Shown: positions 11,067 to 22,337, counted from the first letter of the stretch. The stretch: 64,000 nt of DNA from Lepidodermella squamata (GCA_047495785.1 JBLDXI010000001.1:4712001-4776000), one strand, 5' to 3'. A program made the numbers and translations. The notes: a model not told the origin generated them from the letters alone.

Positions 11067-11071
11067 ACTGT

Positions 11072-11153
11072 CGTCGCCAGTAGGATTTGAACCTACGCGC
11101 GGAGACCGCATCTGATTTCTAGTCAGACCCCTTAACCACTCGGGCATAGCGAC
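11072..11153 (-). tRNA. tRNA-Ser(AGA), 3' end duplicated by the retrotransposon TSD
   Basis: GTCGCTA/TGGCGAC acceptor; TCTGA-CTAGAAA-TCAGA; long variable arm; near-identical to Ser(CGA) at 12339-12420. Confidence 0.93.
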
Positions 11154-11324
11154 TTGAGTGCTTCTTCGGCAGTTTCAGAAACGATAGACCCTGATCGACG
11201 TACTGGCTAGTTTCATATTGGCAATTGGCAACGGGTAAACTATTTTGCTATTTGCCAGACTCGCTTGCAATATGCTAGCTTTGCAAAATGTCGTCTGCGG
11301 GATATCAATACATTCCAACATCCC

Positions 11325-11408
11325 GTCAGGATGGCCGAGCGGTCCAAGGCGCTGCGTTCAGGTCGCAGTCAGTTTCTACTGGCGTGGGTTCGAATCCCAC
11401 TTCTGACA
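11325..11408 (+). tRNA. tRNA-Leu(CAG)
   Basis: CTGCG-TTCAGGT-CGCAG; variable arm; T6 terminator. Confidence 0.95.
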
Positions 11409-11499
11409 TGACAGTTTTTTAGGCGTATCCACCCAGTACGTAAGTAGCACAGAGACCTGAAGACTTGAAGATTGCTGGTCAAAGCTGTGCCAATGTGCC

Positions 11500-11572
11500 G
11501 GTTCGGTGGTGTAGTGGTTATCACATCTGCCTAACACGCAGAAGGTCGCCGGTTCAATCCCGGCCCGAATCA
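11500..11572 (+). tRNA. tRNA-Val(AAC)
   Basis: TCTGC-CTAACAC-GCAGA; complete cloverleaf. Confidence 0.95.
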
Positions 11573-11673
11573 GCTGTAAGCTTTTTGGCTATAACAAAAA
11601 CCAGCTAAACTGTCTCAATAATAAATTCAAAAAAATTGAACCGCCTGCCACTGTCTCGAGTTCTGTGTGACTC

Positions 11674-11745
11674 TGCCACGGCCTGGAGTCGAACCAGGGT
11701 CACCTCGGCCACAACGAGGAATACTAACCACTATACTACCGTGGC
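11674..11745 (-). tRNA. tRNA-His(GTG)
   Basis: GCCACGG/CCGTGGC acceptor; CCTCG-TTGTGGC-CGAGG. Confidence 0.95.
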
Positions 11746-11855
11746 TGATTTCGCGGTTAAACACAAAATTCGACAGCGGTCTATTATCAACATCTAGCTG
11801 ACCACCATCATCTGCAAAACTTCAGGCAGCACTTGTCAGATGGCTTACCTGGCAA

Positions 11856-11937
11856 GACGCGGTGGCCGAGTGGTTAAGGCGATGGACTGCTAATCCATTG
11901 GGCTCTGCCCGCGAGGGTTCGAATCCCTTCTGCGTCG
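11856..11937 (+). tRNA. tRNA-Ser(GCT)
   Basis: ATGGA-CTGCTAA-TCCAT; long variable arm. Confidence 0.95.
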
Positions 11938-12022
11938 TGAACAATTTTGCCGACAAGTTCAAAGGCGACGCTAGTTTTTCTGGCTTTAAAGATGATGACA
12001 TAAATTTCTTTAAAAATGAATG

Positions 12023-12094
12023 CTCCTTGGCAGGGAATCGAACCCTGGTCTCCCGCGTGACAGGCGGGGATACTAACCACTATACTACCAAGGA
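12023..12094 (-). tRNA. tRNA-Asp(GTC)
   Basis: TCCTTGG/CCAAGGA acceptor; CCCGC-CTGTCAC-GCGGG. Confidence 0.95.
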
Positions 12095-12184
12095 TTGCAC
12101 GAATGTTGATGTTCTTCGAATAGCTTCTCACTCGCTTCCACGCCAACAGAAGGCCATTCCGTCAAAAATGTGACTTGGCGCAGA

Positions 12185-12249
12185 TGCATCGAATCGAACC
12201 CGGGCCTCCCGCGTGGCAGGCGAGAATTCTACCACTGAACCACCGATGC
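12185..12249 (-). pseudogene. tRNA-Gly(GCC) with 6-nt deletion of the 3' T-stem
   Basis: GCATCGGTGGTTCAGTGG...CTGCCAC...GGTTCGATT runs directly into CGATGCA. Confidence 0.85.
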
Positions 12250-12338
12250 GCTGCTTGATAACTAGCTCATGGGCGCCATGTAGAGGCGTTCAAATCATAA
12301 TGTCGAGCCGCAAATGAGGCCGAACGCCAAAAACTAAG

Positions 12339-12420
12339 CGTCGCCAGTAGGATTCGAACCTACGCGCGGAAACCGCATCTGATTTCGAGTCAGACCCCTT
12401 AACCACTCGGGCATAGCGAC
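12339..12420 (-). tRNA. tRNA-Ser(CGA)
   Basis: TCTGA-CTCGAAA-TCAGA; long variable arm; T5 terminator. Confidence 0.95.
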
Positions 12421-12472
12421 TGTTCTTAGATTCGTTCGACTGTTCGTAGATAACACTTGATGCTTACATCTA

Positions 12473-12496
12473 CTGGTTCGATCCCGGGTCTCGGTG
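12473..12496 (+). pseudogene. 3' fragment (T arm) of tRNA-Phe
   Basis: CTGGTTCGATCCCGGGTCTCGG matches 7161-7182. Confidence 0.6.
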
Positions 12497-12548
12497 ACCT
12501 TCAACCTTTTCCCCAATAAGCAGAACGTATAGCCAAAAATGTTACAAC

Positions 12549-12634
12549 TCCCGCGAGGCGGACTTGAACCACCGACCTAAGGATTGCTGCCTTTCATCTA
12601 CAGTCCTCCGCTCTACCAGCTGAGCTATCGCGGG
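12549..12634 (-). tRNA. tRNA-Tyr(GTA) with 13-nt intron (12585-12597)
   Basis: GAGGA-CTGTAG[ATGAAAGGCAGCA]A-TCCTT; intron at canonical 37/38 position. Confidence 0.95.
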
Positions 12635-12726
12635 TTAGTTACGCTTACATTGGGTGTATACTACTGTAATTTAGTGGAGCGGAGATTGCTCGTGATTCTA
12701 TTGCGGTTGGGCCTTGCAAAAACATG

Positions 12727-12800
12727 TGGCCACTGGGAGGATCGAACTCACGACCTTCGCGTTATTAGCACGACGCTCTAACCAACTGAGCTAAGCGGCC
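12727..12800 (-). tRNA. tRNA-Ile(AAT)
   Basis: TCGTG-CTAATAA-CGCGA; complete cloverleaf. Confidence 0.93.
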
Positions 12801-12900
12801 AGTTGAACATGTACGTCGAAACCTTCAACTTGCCGGTGGTCTGATCGTCCCCGAGAAGTGAAAAATGATCACAATCAACAATTGAAACTCGCAAAAAGAA

Positions 12901-12973
12901 TGGAGGATACGGGCGTCGATCCCGTTACCTCTCGCATGCTAAGCGAGCGCTCTACCATTTGAGCTAATCCCCC
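12901..12973 (-). tRNA. tRNA-Ala(AGC), second copy
   Basis: Identical to 7719-7791. Confidence 0.95.
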
Positions 12974-13050
12974 GATGTTGATTCTATGCCACTGTGTCTC
13001 CCTTTGATAGCGTCTCCCACTGTGCAGTATAGCTTGAATGCCAAAACAGA

Positions 13051-13123
13051 TGACCCCGACGTGACTTGAACACGCAACCTTCTGATCTGGAGTCAGACGC
13101 TCTGCCAATTGAGCTACGGAGTC
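13051..13123 (-). tRNA. tRNA-Trp(CCA)
   Basis: TCTGA-CTCCAGA-TCAGA; complete cloverleaf. Confidence 0.95.
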
Positions 13124-13167
13124 GATATCTTTAATTTAGGCTTAGAGACCCCTTGCGAGCCATTTTT

Positions 13168-13218
13168 CGTTACCTCTCACATGCTAAGCGAGCGCTCTAC
13201 CATTTGAGCTAATCCCCC
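13168..13218 (-). pseudogene. tRNA-Ala(AGC) 5' fragment lacking T arm
   Basis: 51-nt near-identical match to the 5' part of 7719-7791. Confidence 0.8.
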
Positions 13219-13307
13219 TTTTGTATCCGAGTCAACATTTAGCAAAGGTATTCGAAATCCTAAACAAAAACGTAAAACTAGCTGTAAGTTTACAACAAAA
13301 GCTGGAG

Positions 13308-13347
13308 GCGTCCGGGTGACTCGTACCCCCGTCACTGTGATTAAAAG
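13308..13347 (-). pseudogene. Degenerate tRNA-Lys(TTT) 3' fragment
   Basis: TCCGGGTGACTCGTACCCCCGTCACTGTGATTAAAAG resembles 7868-7904; follows the Ala fragment as Lys follows Ala at 7719-7935. Confidence 0.65.
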
Positions 13348-13643
13348 ATGTTTGAGATCACGCGATTTAAAGCCTTCCTTGATGAGCGCAAGAAAGGTGA
13401 AAATACGGATTGTCCAAATTTACGGTAACAAACGGAGACTGAAAATAAACTGAGACATGCGTGAAGGCTGCGATATTCAAACTTTTACATCGCAACAGTG
13501 TAACAGTTGTTACGCCTGCTAATCAGCTGTTGCGCGTAACAATTTGCAACGCCAAATCGCGACAACAGTAAAAACGTTGAGAATTTTTTTCGAAAATGGC
13601 CAAGAAAGTTGAGCTATGCTATGCCTTGTATGTTTCGTATGTT

Positions 13644-14812
13644 ATGGTTGCGAAAACGTTCACTATCGTCGTGCTGGCTAGCTTAGCTCGGGCCGATCTC
13701 AAATTCTGCGACCACGACTGCGCTGTTGCCGGCCTCTTCTGCGTCGAAAACAACCCGCATGTCTACACGCAATGCGAAGATGGTACCAGGTGGACGCTTC
13801 AATGTGGCAAGTCTCAATAATCTACATAATAAGCTCGATACCAGAATCAATAACTAATAATTGAAAACATTCGAATTTCAAAAAAATTGAAAATTTTAAA
13901 ATTTAATCTCAAGCCTTTTCAGGTCAATATGTTTACATTTTTGAATCGTGTGATGTTCAATCAAAAAAATGCCGCTCACTTATATACCGCTTTTATTGTT
14001 GTATGTAGAGAATGGCCAAGTTTGGGACACGAGGTTCAAAAAGTGCACGTTCCCAGCCGCTTTCTTGCCAACGTGTCGCTGCCAACAACCTCGGCCAACG
14101 TCTCAGCGACCGAAAAAGCCCAAACCCTCGGCTACGGAAGCACCTGAACAAGACCTCGAGACTAGTTCCGGGCCGGGTCCAACCGAAAATCAGCCAGAAA
14201 TCGTCGATAACGACTGCCTAGCTTGTCTTTGCAAGGTATGAAAATTAGGTGAATATTCAAATTTAGTGATGTTTGGGAATTTTCAAATTTGGAATAAATT
14301 TGGAATTTCATAGAAATTGTAACCATTTTCCATAATTTTGATTTCTCGAAATTTCTTGAATTTTGGAGAAATTCTTCGAAAATTGTGGACTTGGTTTTAA
14401 TTTCAATTTTTAAAATCAAAGTTTCGAAATATTTTGAATTTTTTTAAATAATTTAAAAAATATTTTTCTTTAGGAATTAGGTCAGTGTGATGCGAAATCC
14501 ACGTGTGAAAGTGGCTACTGCGGCCCGTACTCAATCAGCCGGGCCTACTACCTAGACAGCGGAGCCGGGCCCGCCTCGGACTACCAACGCTGCACAACGT
14601 GCAAAATCTGCTCGGCCAAGGTGATCAGAGGCTACATGAAGCGGTACGCCGCCGCTTGTCTAGCGGCTATCGGCCAGTCACCGGATCGGCTGTCGTGCAA
14701 AACCGTCGCCCGCGTGCACCAGGGCGGCCCGAATGGGTGCCGCGAGCCGGCTACGCTCGACTTTGGCAAACGCGTTCAAGCGTGTTACGCGCAACGAACG
14801 CGCGGCGGCTGA
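13644..14812 (+). CDS. Secreted CBM14-like chitin-binding domain fused to invertebrate (i-type/destabilase) lysozyme (exons 13644-13806, 14009-14235, 14474-14812)
   Basis: Signal MVAKTFTIVVLASLARA (upstream in-frame ATG at 13596 also possible); C..G.VWD.....C chitin-binding motif; i-lysozyme motifs CLACLCK, CGPYSISRAYYLD, YMKRY, ARVHQGGPNGC; first intron GC-AG. Confidence 0.85.
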
Positions 14813-17800
14813 CAAATACGCACGAAATAATGATGGCCTCATTACGGACAAATTCCGAATTTTCCATTATTTCTATCTCATTCGAACGATTTTTGGCATT
14901 TTTTGTAATAAATTGCAATAATAATAGCGGCGAGCCATAATATTTGCGCGTTTTGAAGTGAAAACCAAGTTTTAATCGGCGATCGCTTTTAACCTGAAAA
15001 TTACATATTTATCTAAAGTTTTTGTCATTTCCAGATTAGACATGGCCCTGTTCAAAATAGGCCTGGACACGTGATGTACAGTTTTTTGTTATATTTCTCA
15101 AAAATATCTCGTCTAAATGTCCGTAAATTGTCGATTTGCCTCATATCAAAACTTGATTCAATTATAAGAAAATCACGGACCGAGACGCAGAGTAAATTAT
15201 TATGGACTATGGACACTTTGGCTTTGCAGGTGAATACTATTTGTAACGTCGAGCGATAGAAACAAAAATTGCATAAAATTTCCCGTCTTTTGAGCCTCCT
15301 GATAGATCAGGTCCAAACTAATTGGAACAATAACATCAAAATATTCAGTTTTGCACAGTATTCATATGAAGTTCAGGTTTATGCAAAATACTCTAATTAG
15401 GAACAATTATTTGTTTCTTGAAATATCTTTTTAAGTGTCCTTACCTGCCGTTTCGCTTCGAATCACTTTGATTCTATTAACAGCAAATGGCGCTATGGCT
15501 AAATAATTAAATTGGCTTAATCTTCAAATCCTGTATTAAAGATAGCCTTTATTGTAAAAAACACCTATTCATTTGGCTAAATTTGAAAACAAAAAATTGA
15601 AATGACATGTCTGGCTGCTAGCAAGTCAAGTGTCACTTGTCGCCGCAGATTATTGTCAACAGTACGGGAAAAGCATGTCCGAATTCTCTTTCTTCGAATT
15701 CGAGTTTTTTTACATGCTTTTTTTAAGAGTAGATTTTGACCTATAATCTCTTCAGTTGTGTCCTACAATTGGCCAGGGCCTATTGATTATTTCGTCTCAA
15801 TTTTTTTCCCGAATTTCAAAGCTCTCTCGCAAATTGCAATTATCGAGATGAGAACGCAAGGTGCGAGCCTAGTTGAGCCTCGAAGAATTCCTTTCAAATT
15901 CTGTAAGGTAAAAGAAAAATTATCCGATACCTCGATAAAAATCATCTCCTTGTCCTGAAAGAGCTCGTCCATTTTTCTTAACATTATTTACGAGATGAAA
16001 AATAAATACACGGTTTCATCGATTTTTCACCCGACATTCCCCGTGACTGTTTTTCGGCAAAATAATATCCTTGACAATGATGGATGCTGATATCTTTCCG
16101 TATTAAATTTCTCAGGAATTTCGCAATTATTTTTTATTTCATTCATTCGATCGATCAGGGTACGAGTAATTTATTTCACAATCAAGAATTTCCGTAATTT
16201 GAAAACTAATTTTTTTCAAATAGCCAAATCTATATATGTGTGACCTCATTGTTGCTAAAAAATCGTAATTTCATTTCTCGACCAAGGATTTTTTTTGTAT
16301 AACTAGGGCTCAAATACTTATCCTGGGTATATGTTGTAGCATCCTGCCCAGACGCATTCAAATTTTTTTATTGAATTACCCTGGGTGACACGAAATAGCT
16401 TTTGCCATAATATTTTTTTCTGCCTAGAAAAATCGCAGCTAAAAAAGTCGCAGCCTAGCTATTGATTTTCTATTAAGGCAACAAATCATCGACTTCTTAC
16501 TATACGCATATATATGCAGAAATTTCGCTAATTTTTTGCCGACTGGCAATTCTCGCTTTTTGTACTAGCTAGTCTTATTTTTTCGATACAATACTTCCTT
16601 GTATGCTTTTATAGCAATGATAATAAATCAGTCGTAGTAGCATATGCATAGGAGTAATGCTATAAAAATAGGCGTGTGTTTAGGAAGCGAAATAGCCGCG
16701 ACTTTTTCGCAGCTTTTATTATTTCAACATCATCGCTGCTTTATTATATCATCATCATCATCATCATCATTTTTGAGCGCTAAATCCGGCCTGAGATGCG
16801 CGCGCAACTTTTACCTATTAGTTATTACACATCTCGATATTTTCTATAAATTGATTAATATTTCTTTCTGTTGTAATTTGAACTGCGGCCAAAAATCATG
16901 CTTACACGCCGCGTAAATATTTATTAGACACAATATTTGCATTTTCAGTAACTCTTTTATTGCGTTTTTTATACGTGCCGAACATTAAAGGATTAATTGG
17001 TGCGATTTTTGCAGGTAAGGAATGCCCTCGTTGAGAAGCATTACGAGCGATCTTGCCTAGCAATTCAAAATATGTCTACCCTAAATTTATTCAAAAATAA
17101 TTTTGTTTGAAGGGTGAAGCCTGTTAACTTCATCGGATATTTAAAGCCCAGCGATTTTTAGGTGTAATTACTTATTCAAATTAATAGACTTGAATGGAAT
17201 TTCTAACAGGAATTCATTATCTCCTTATTCTGTTCCTACGCGGAATTCCTATACCTAACATTTCCTATATCACTTTCGTTATTCATAATTCCTATAATTT
17301 CCCATTGTAATCATTTTCCTGATCCAAAATTCATAAATCAATTGCGTTTTCCTATACTCCGAATTCCTCTTCTTTCCTAACCCTCGGGAATTTCGTTATC
17401 CATCCCTAGAAATTAAAATGAATTTCTAAAAAAATCCTCTCAATTTTTTGTCCGGTTTAAAGCCTTTCCCTTGCGCATGTGTTGATTTTGATGTCCTAAT
17501 TTAGCCCCGCTATAAGCCAGTTTGCTCATTACTGACTTTCGACCTGGAGCGAAGATTTGATGCGATTCTAAAGATTACAGCGTGGGTTATTTAAATTGAT
17601 ATCCTCGTTTCGAGACTAGAGACATTCACTTGATTGAATGAATCCCATCGTAAATTCCTATTATATCTTCGGCACGTGCTGGGGTTAGGATCTGAGTATA
17701 AGGAAATCCAGTTTTATCTCCTTAGATTGCTATCAATGATCGTTATTTCCCGGGGTATTTAAGCAGCGATAAAGCAGCATCGCCGTGGGAAATCGGCGCA

Positions 17801-19089
17801 GCAAGTGAAACGGCATTGTTTTACGCGCAAAATAGGAGGCGCGTATACACACGTCGCCATCGCCATCATCATCATTATCAATTCGATCTTCGATGCGCTG
17901 CGTAAATAATAAATAATAACTAAACAATAAACAACGCATTAGGCGCACGCTCGCACTTCACGTCGTCATCGTCGCTGTTGTATCATCCTTTTTTTAGGCG
18001 AGCAGCGAAATTATATAATGATGATAGCTGTTGTAATAATAGTAATAATCTGAAGCCGCTATTTGACACAGCGCTTCAAGTGATTTTTCACTCTCAACTA
18101 GGTCAGGCGGTTTTTATTATACGGCGCAGTGCGGGGCCGTGACCCATCAGACGGCCCCCATCATTGACATTTATAGCTCTTATTTATCATGTTATTGAAG
18201 CCTTTTCTGTATATCGGAAAAATTACAAGAAAAACTCGACTGAAACCCGCAAGAAATTCGCGTTTTTTTGTTTTCATGCTGTAGAAATGAATTTTCTAAT
18301 TTGTTCCATTCTTCAAAGGATTTGAATAGCAGGCATATTTTTTCTACAATTTTATTTCCACGTTTTTTATTTGAAGTTTTAATTTCTTTGCAAGATTTTT
18401 TGGGTAGTTTTCGAAAAATCCTTCCGCAATTTCTCGTATCTGTTCTTTCCGAAAAAATATCCGTGTCGAATTTACTCGCTACGTAGTAGATTTAGGAATC
18501 AATCGATAAACAAGGACAACTTTATTTCCGATCAAGTGATTGCAAGCCATGGATCAAATAAAGCGACTATCTTGCAGCAACCCTCGCAATTAAGCTCATA
18601 AATCCACAATATAAGCGTGGGTTTTTCTCCAACATTTAAGACTCGCTGTTTTTTCTCGAATTTGAAAAAAACCGAATTCTTAGTTGTGTATTAGGGTGTG
18701 TACGAGGCTGTGCACGCAAAGCCTTGATCGAGTTGCCTAGTAATGGCAAAATCGAGGTGTGAACGTGCCGCGAGTCCAAGGGTGACAGGTAGAAAACGCA
18801 CCTGAGACGCACCTGTAAATACAGCCAAATAACTTTGCCTTATTCCTTGATCGAAAATTAATGTCAAAATCGAATCCCGCTGGGGTTATACGCAGCTACG
18901 TTTTTTTAGGTCAAATAATTGTTGCTGAAAAAATGTTCCTATTTGGGCAATATCCTGGAATTCGAAGAAAATATGCTCTTTTATCGCTCTGAATTGATCG
19001 AAATTCCAATTCATTCCTATTACCATTCTCAATTCATTGCTTCAATTCTTGACCTTCTTTTCAAAATTTTATTCCTAATAAGTAAAGAT

Positions 19090-19450
19090 CCTATTCCTAT
19101 TCCCATTATTCTTATATTCCTATTCCTATTCCTATTCCTATTCCTATTCCTATTCCTATTCCTATTCCTATTCCTATTCCTATTCCTATTCCTATTCCTA
19201 TTCCTATTCCTATTCCTATTCCTATTCCTATTCCTATTCCTATTCCTATTCCTATTCCTATTCCTATTCCTATTCCTATTCCTATTCCTATTCCTATTCC
19301 TATTCCTATTCCTATTCCTATTCCTATTCCTATTCCTATTCCTATTCCTATTCCTATTCCTATTCCTATTCCTATTCCTATTCCTATTCCTATTCCTATT
19401 CCTATTCCTATTCCTATTCCTATACCTATTCCTATTCCTATTCCTATTCC
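19090..19450. repeat. (TTCCTA)n hexanucleotide microsatellite, ~55 units
   Basis: Near-perfect array seen directly. Confidence 0.98.
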
Positions 19451-19781
19451 TTCAATTTTTCAAGCTATTTTTCAAATTTTTAGACTAGCTGAGAAACTAA
19501 TGCTATCAAAAGCGCAGAGTTTCCTACTAATTTTGTTATTTACTCTAATTTTATTGAACCAGACGCGAATTTCCTGTGCTAATCGTGTAATACAAAAATA
19601 ATTTTTGTCCATAGGATTAACTAGTTGATGCATTTATCTAATTTTTACAATTTCCACCCCGCACCAACTCATCGCAGCAATTCATCAGGACAAGTCTGTA
19701 TAAAACGCCATCATTAATAGCCTGCTAAAATAGATGATCGCCGTTGGACCGAGCGGCCGACTGACATCGTAATCGCCGAGT

Positions 19782-22337
19782 ATGGAAATTTCCTCATTTC
19801 CATTGTCAGCAATCGTCGGCATTTTTTGGCTCAATTTACTGCTGTTCGACATTACGCACGCTTACATTCACTGTTAGTCGTTTTTTTTGCAGCGGCGGCG
19901 ACTTATTTCGTGCAATTTTTTTTCTTCCATTTAGGCGATGACAATTGCGCGGTTTCCGGGTCGTTTTGCGTCCTAGACGACCCGGCTGCCTTCTCGGTCT
20001 GCCGCAACGGCATACGGCTCAATACTTGGCGATGCAGTAAGTCTTCTAACCTTTCACTGTAGGAAACATATTCACCTTTAAAATGTTAATCGGTCCCGAG
20101 ACCCAAAAATATTGTTCTAGTAGGGTGGTTGCAAGCTCGACGATGACGCTTGAAGTAGAAATCAAATGAAATATTGAGCTTTGAACTAATAATTTTGGGG
20201 TTCCAACTGAATTTTCGGATATCGACCGTTTTTTATCGATATTGATGACCTGGGATTTTTATTTTAGATTTTTGTTACCTTCAGATAGTGTGTAGAAGGT
20301 TTCAATTTTGGCTCTCTGAACTGCTCTCTTTGTAAAATCGTAATCGAAATCGATATCGGCTCTACAGGCTGAAGTATAATTCGAAAGCTGAACGCCGATA
20401 GTTCAAAATACTCGTAATATTAAGGTCTATCAGTTGGGCTTGATACTGAAAGTTGGGAAGATGAAACTGGGAAACCATAACATTTCGGGGGAAAATGGAA
20501 CCTGCGCTATATTCTCAAGTTGAGTGCTGTATCAAATTAATTACCGGAGCTTAGAAGCACATCTGAAGGCTTGTTCTGCTTTGAAGGTTAACAGGATAAC
20601 GAAAAAACAGGATATCCGAAAAAATTATAGTGAAATCGAAAACGAGCGGTCTTGGATTTTCGCGGAATTTCACACAATATTGTATCGAATTCAAAAGCGA
20701 CTGAAATCATTTTCAATTGATTTTCAAGGTCTTAAATGTGCAGTGTTACATTCAAAAGGCCAAAATTATCCGAAAAATACAGATTCAAAATTCGGAGTGC
20801 CTAATTATTTTTAAATTATTTCGAATTTTCCCGCAGGTTCCGGTTTTGTGTGGGATGCAAGTCAGAACGCGTGCAACTGGCGGAGTCGCGTGCCCGAGAA
20901 CCAGTGCCAGTGCAACCCAGTGCCGAGCGGAGACGCGCAACTGTCGTCGGACCCCGCCGCAGGTGACACGAGTGCTCAATCGTCACGCGACGACATGACG
21001 GCGGAGGACGACGGCGGCACGAGCAGCAGCAGCACCGAGGTGCGGCTCGACGGCACGCGGGGCTATGGCGCCGTCCTGGCGACAGCTGCGCGGACGAGCA
21101 CCCCGGCGCCACGTAAAACTACAGGATCTTTCTGCTGCTTCAGAGTAAGTCACAAGTTCGAATTTTTAGCAAAATCGAGGGTCAAAAATTTGAATAATTT
21201 CGCCACCAATTTTTCATGTCCATCTTAGTGAGGGCAAAGGCAATATAAAAGAACGCCATTCATCCGCAATTTTACAGAAAAATTAGAAATATACCGCTAC
21301 AACCTCGCAAAAACCCGACGGAACCTGGTTCGGTAATTATCGAGATTTTACCGAGTCACTCCGATTTTTCTATTTACCTTTTGAAACTGTTTATACTTGG
21401 ATACCAGGATCATTTTCTGGTAATTCAAAATCAATTTTGAAATCAATTGATAAATTGGAATAATATTAAAAAAATGCGAAATTGATGGAAAAATTAACCC
21501 AATTTAGTGTTAGGATGCACTCAATCCAGAGGTTGTAATTTTCAGGAAAAAGGCGACTACACGGACAGTGAGGTAATTCCTTCAAGTTCTGCCACTTCAA
21601 CAGCCTCTCCGCTTCAACTTTTTATATTATTTTCTATTTTTCATAATATTGTTTCATTTTTAAAAATGAAAAACCCTCAAAACTCTCAATCTTCACATTT
21701 GAAATTTTGTTTCTAAATCAATATGATTTGAAAAATGTATGAAAATGCCAACATCACGAATTTATTTGGCAAGGTATTCTAAAAAATTCTTATCTTTCTT
21801 TCTCAGGTATAGTTTGGGTAAATTTTTAATTTTTTCACTGTTTTTTTCAAGAAGCTTGTGAAATTTCAAATTACCATAATTTTCTGTGTTTCAATTCGAA
21901 AATTGCAGACAGTGGAGCAGCCAATGTTCAGCAACAGCGCTAACAAGGACGAGTTGATAAGCGACAACGACGTCGAGCGGATTCTGGGTGGGCGGCGGGC
22001 GCCGTTGCGGCTGCGCAACCACGCCGCCTCGCTCAACCGCTGCTCATCCTCCCTGCTCGTTGTAGCCACCCTGCCCGCGCTCGTGTGCTTACTGCTTCAA
22101 CTGCTTAACAACGCCACTAGTCACGCTAGCGTAACACAGCCTCATGTAAATGTTATCCAAGACGCTACTACTACCTGTAAAAATAACAACGACAACAATT
22201 CCAATGATTATTATTATTATTTATCCTTGCATCGCCTGCCAAGATTGTTGGACATAAATGCTGTGAGACATTATTTCAATCGCTTCAATAATAACGATAA
22301 TCAGCTATCAGCCTTCAGCCGGCATGTCGATCGATGA
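19782..22337 (+). CDS. Secreted/membrane-tethered CBM14-like protein with low-complexity tail (exons 19782-19872, 19935-20036, 20837-21144, 21546-21572, 21909-22337)
   Basis: Signal peptide; YIHCDDNCAVSGSFCVLDDPAAFSVCRNG...CSSGFVWDASQNACNW...CQC; all GT-AG junctions phase-compatible; hydrophobic segment in last exon. Confidence 0.8.

Noticed and set aside
7098-13108. Short ORFs overlapping the tRNA cluster
   Set aside because: They are translations of tRNA genes and spacers with no protein features.
18919-19488. 189-aa ORF with long FLFLFL run (and the SYSYSY ORF at 23580-23879)
   Set aside because: Translation artefacts of the stop-free hexamer microsatellites.
20200-20400. Similarity to 25575-25725 in the equivalent intron of the paralog
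   Set aside because: Patchy by eye; cannot distinguish a dispersed repeat from residual paralogy.
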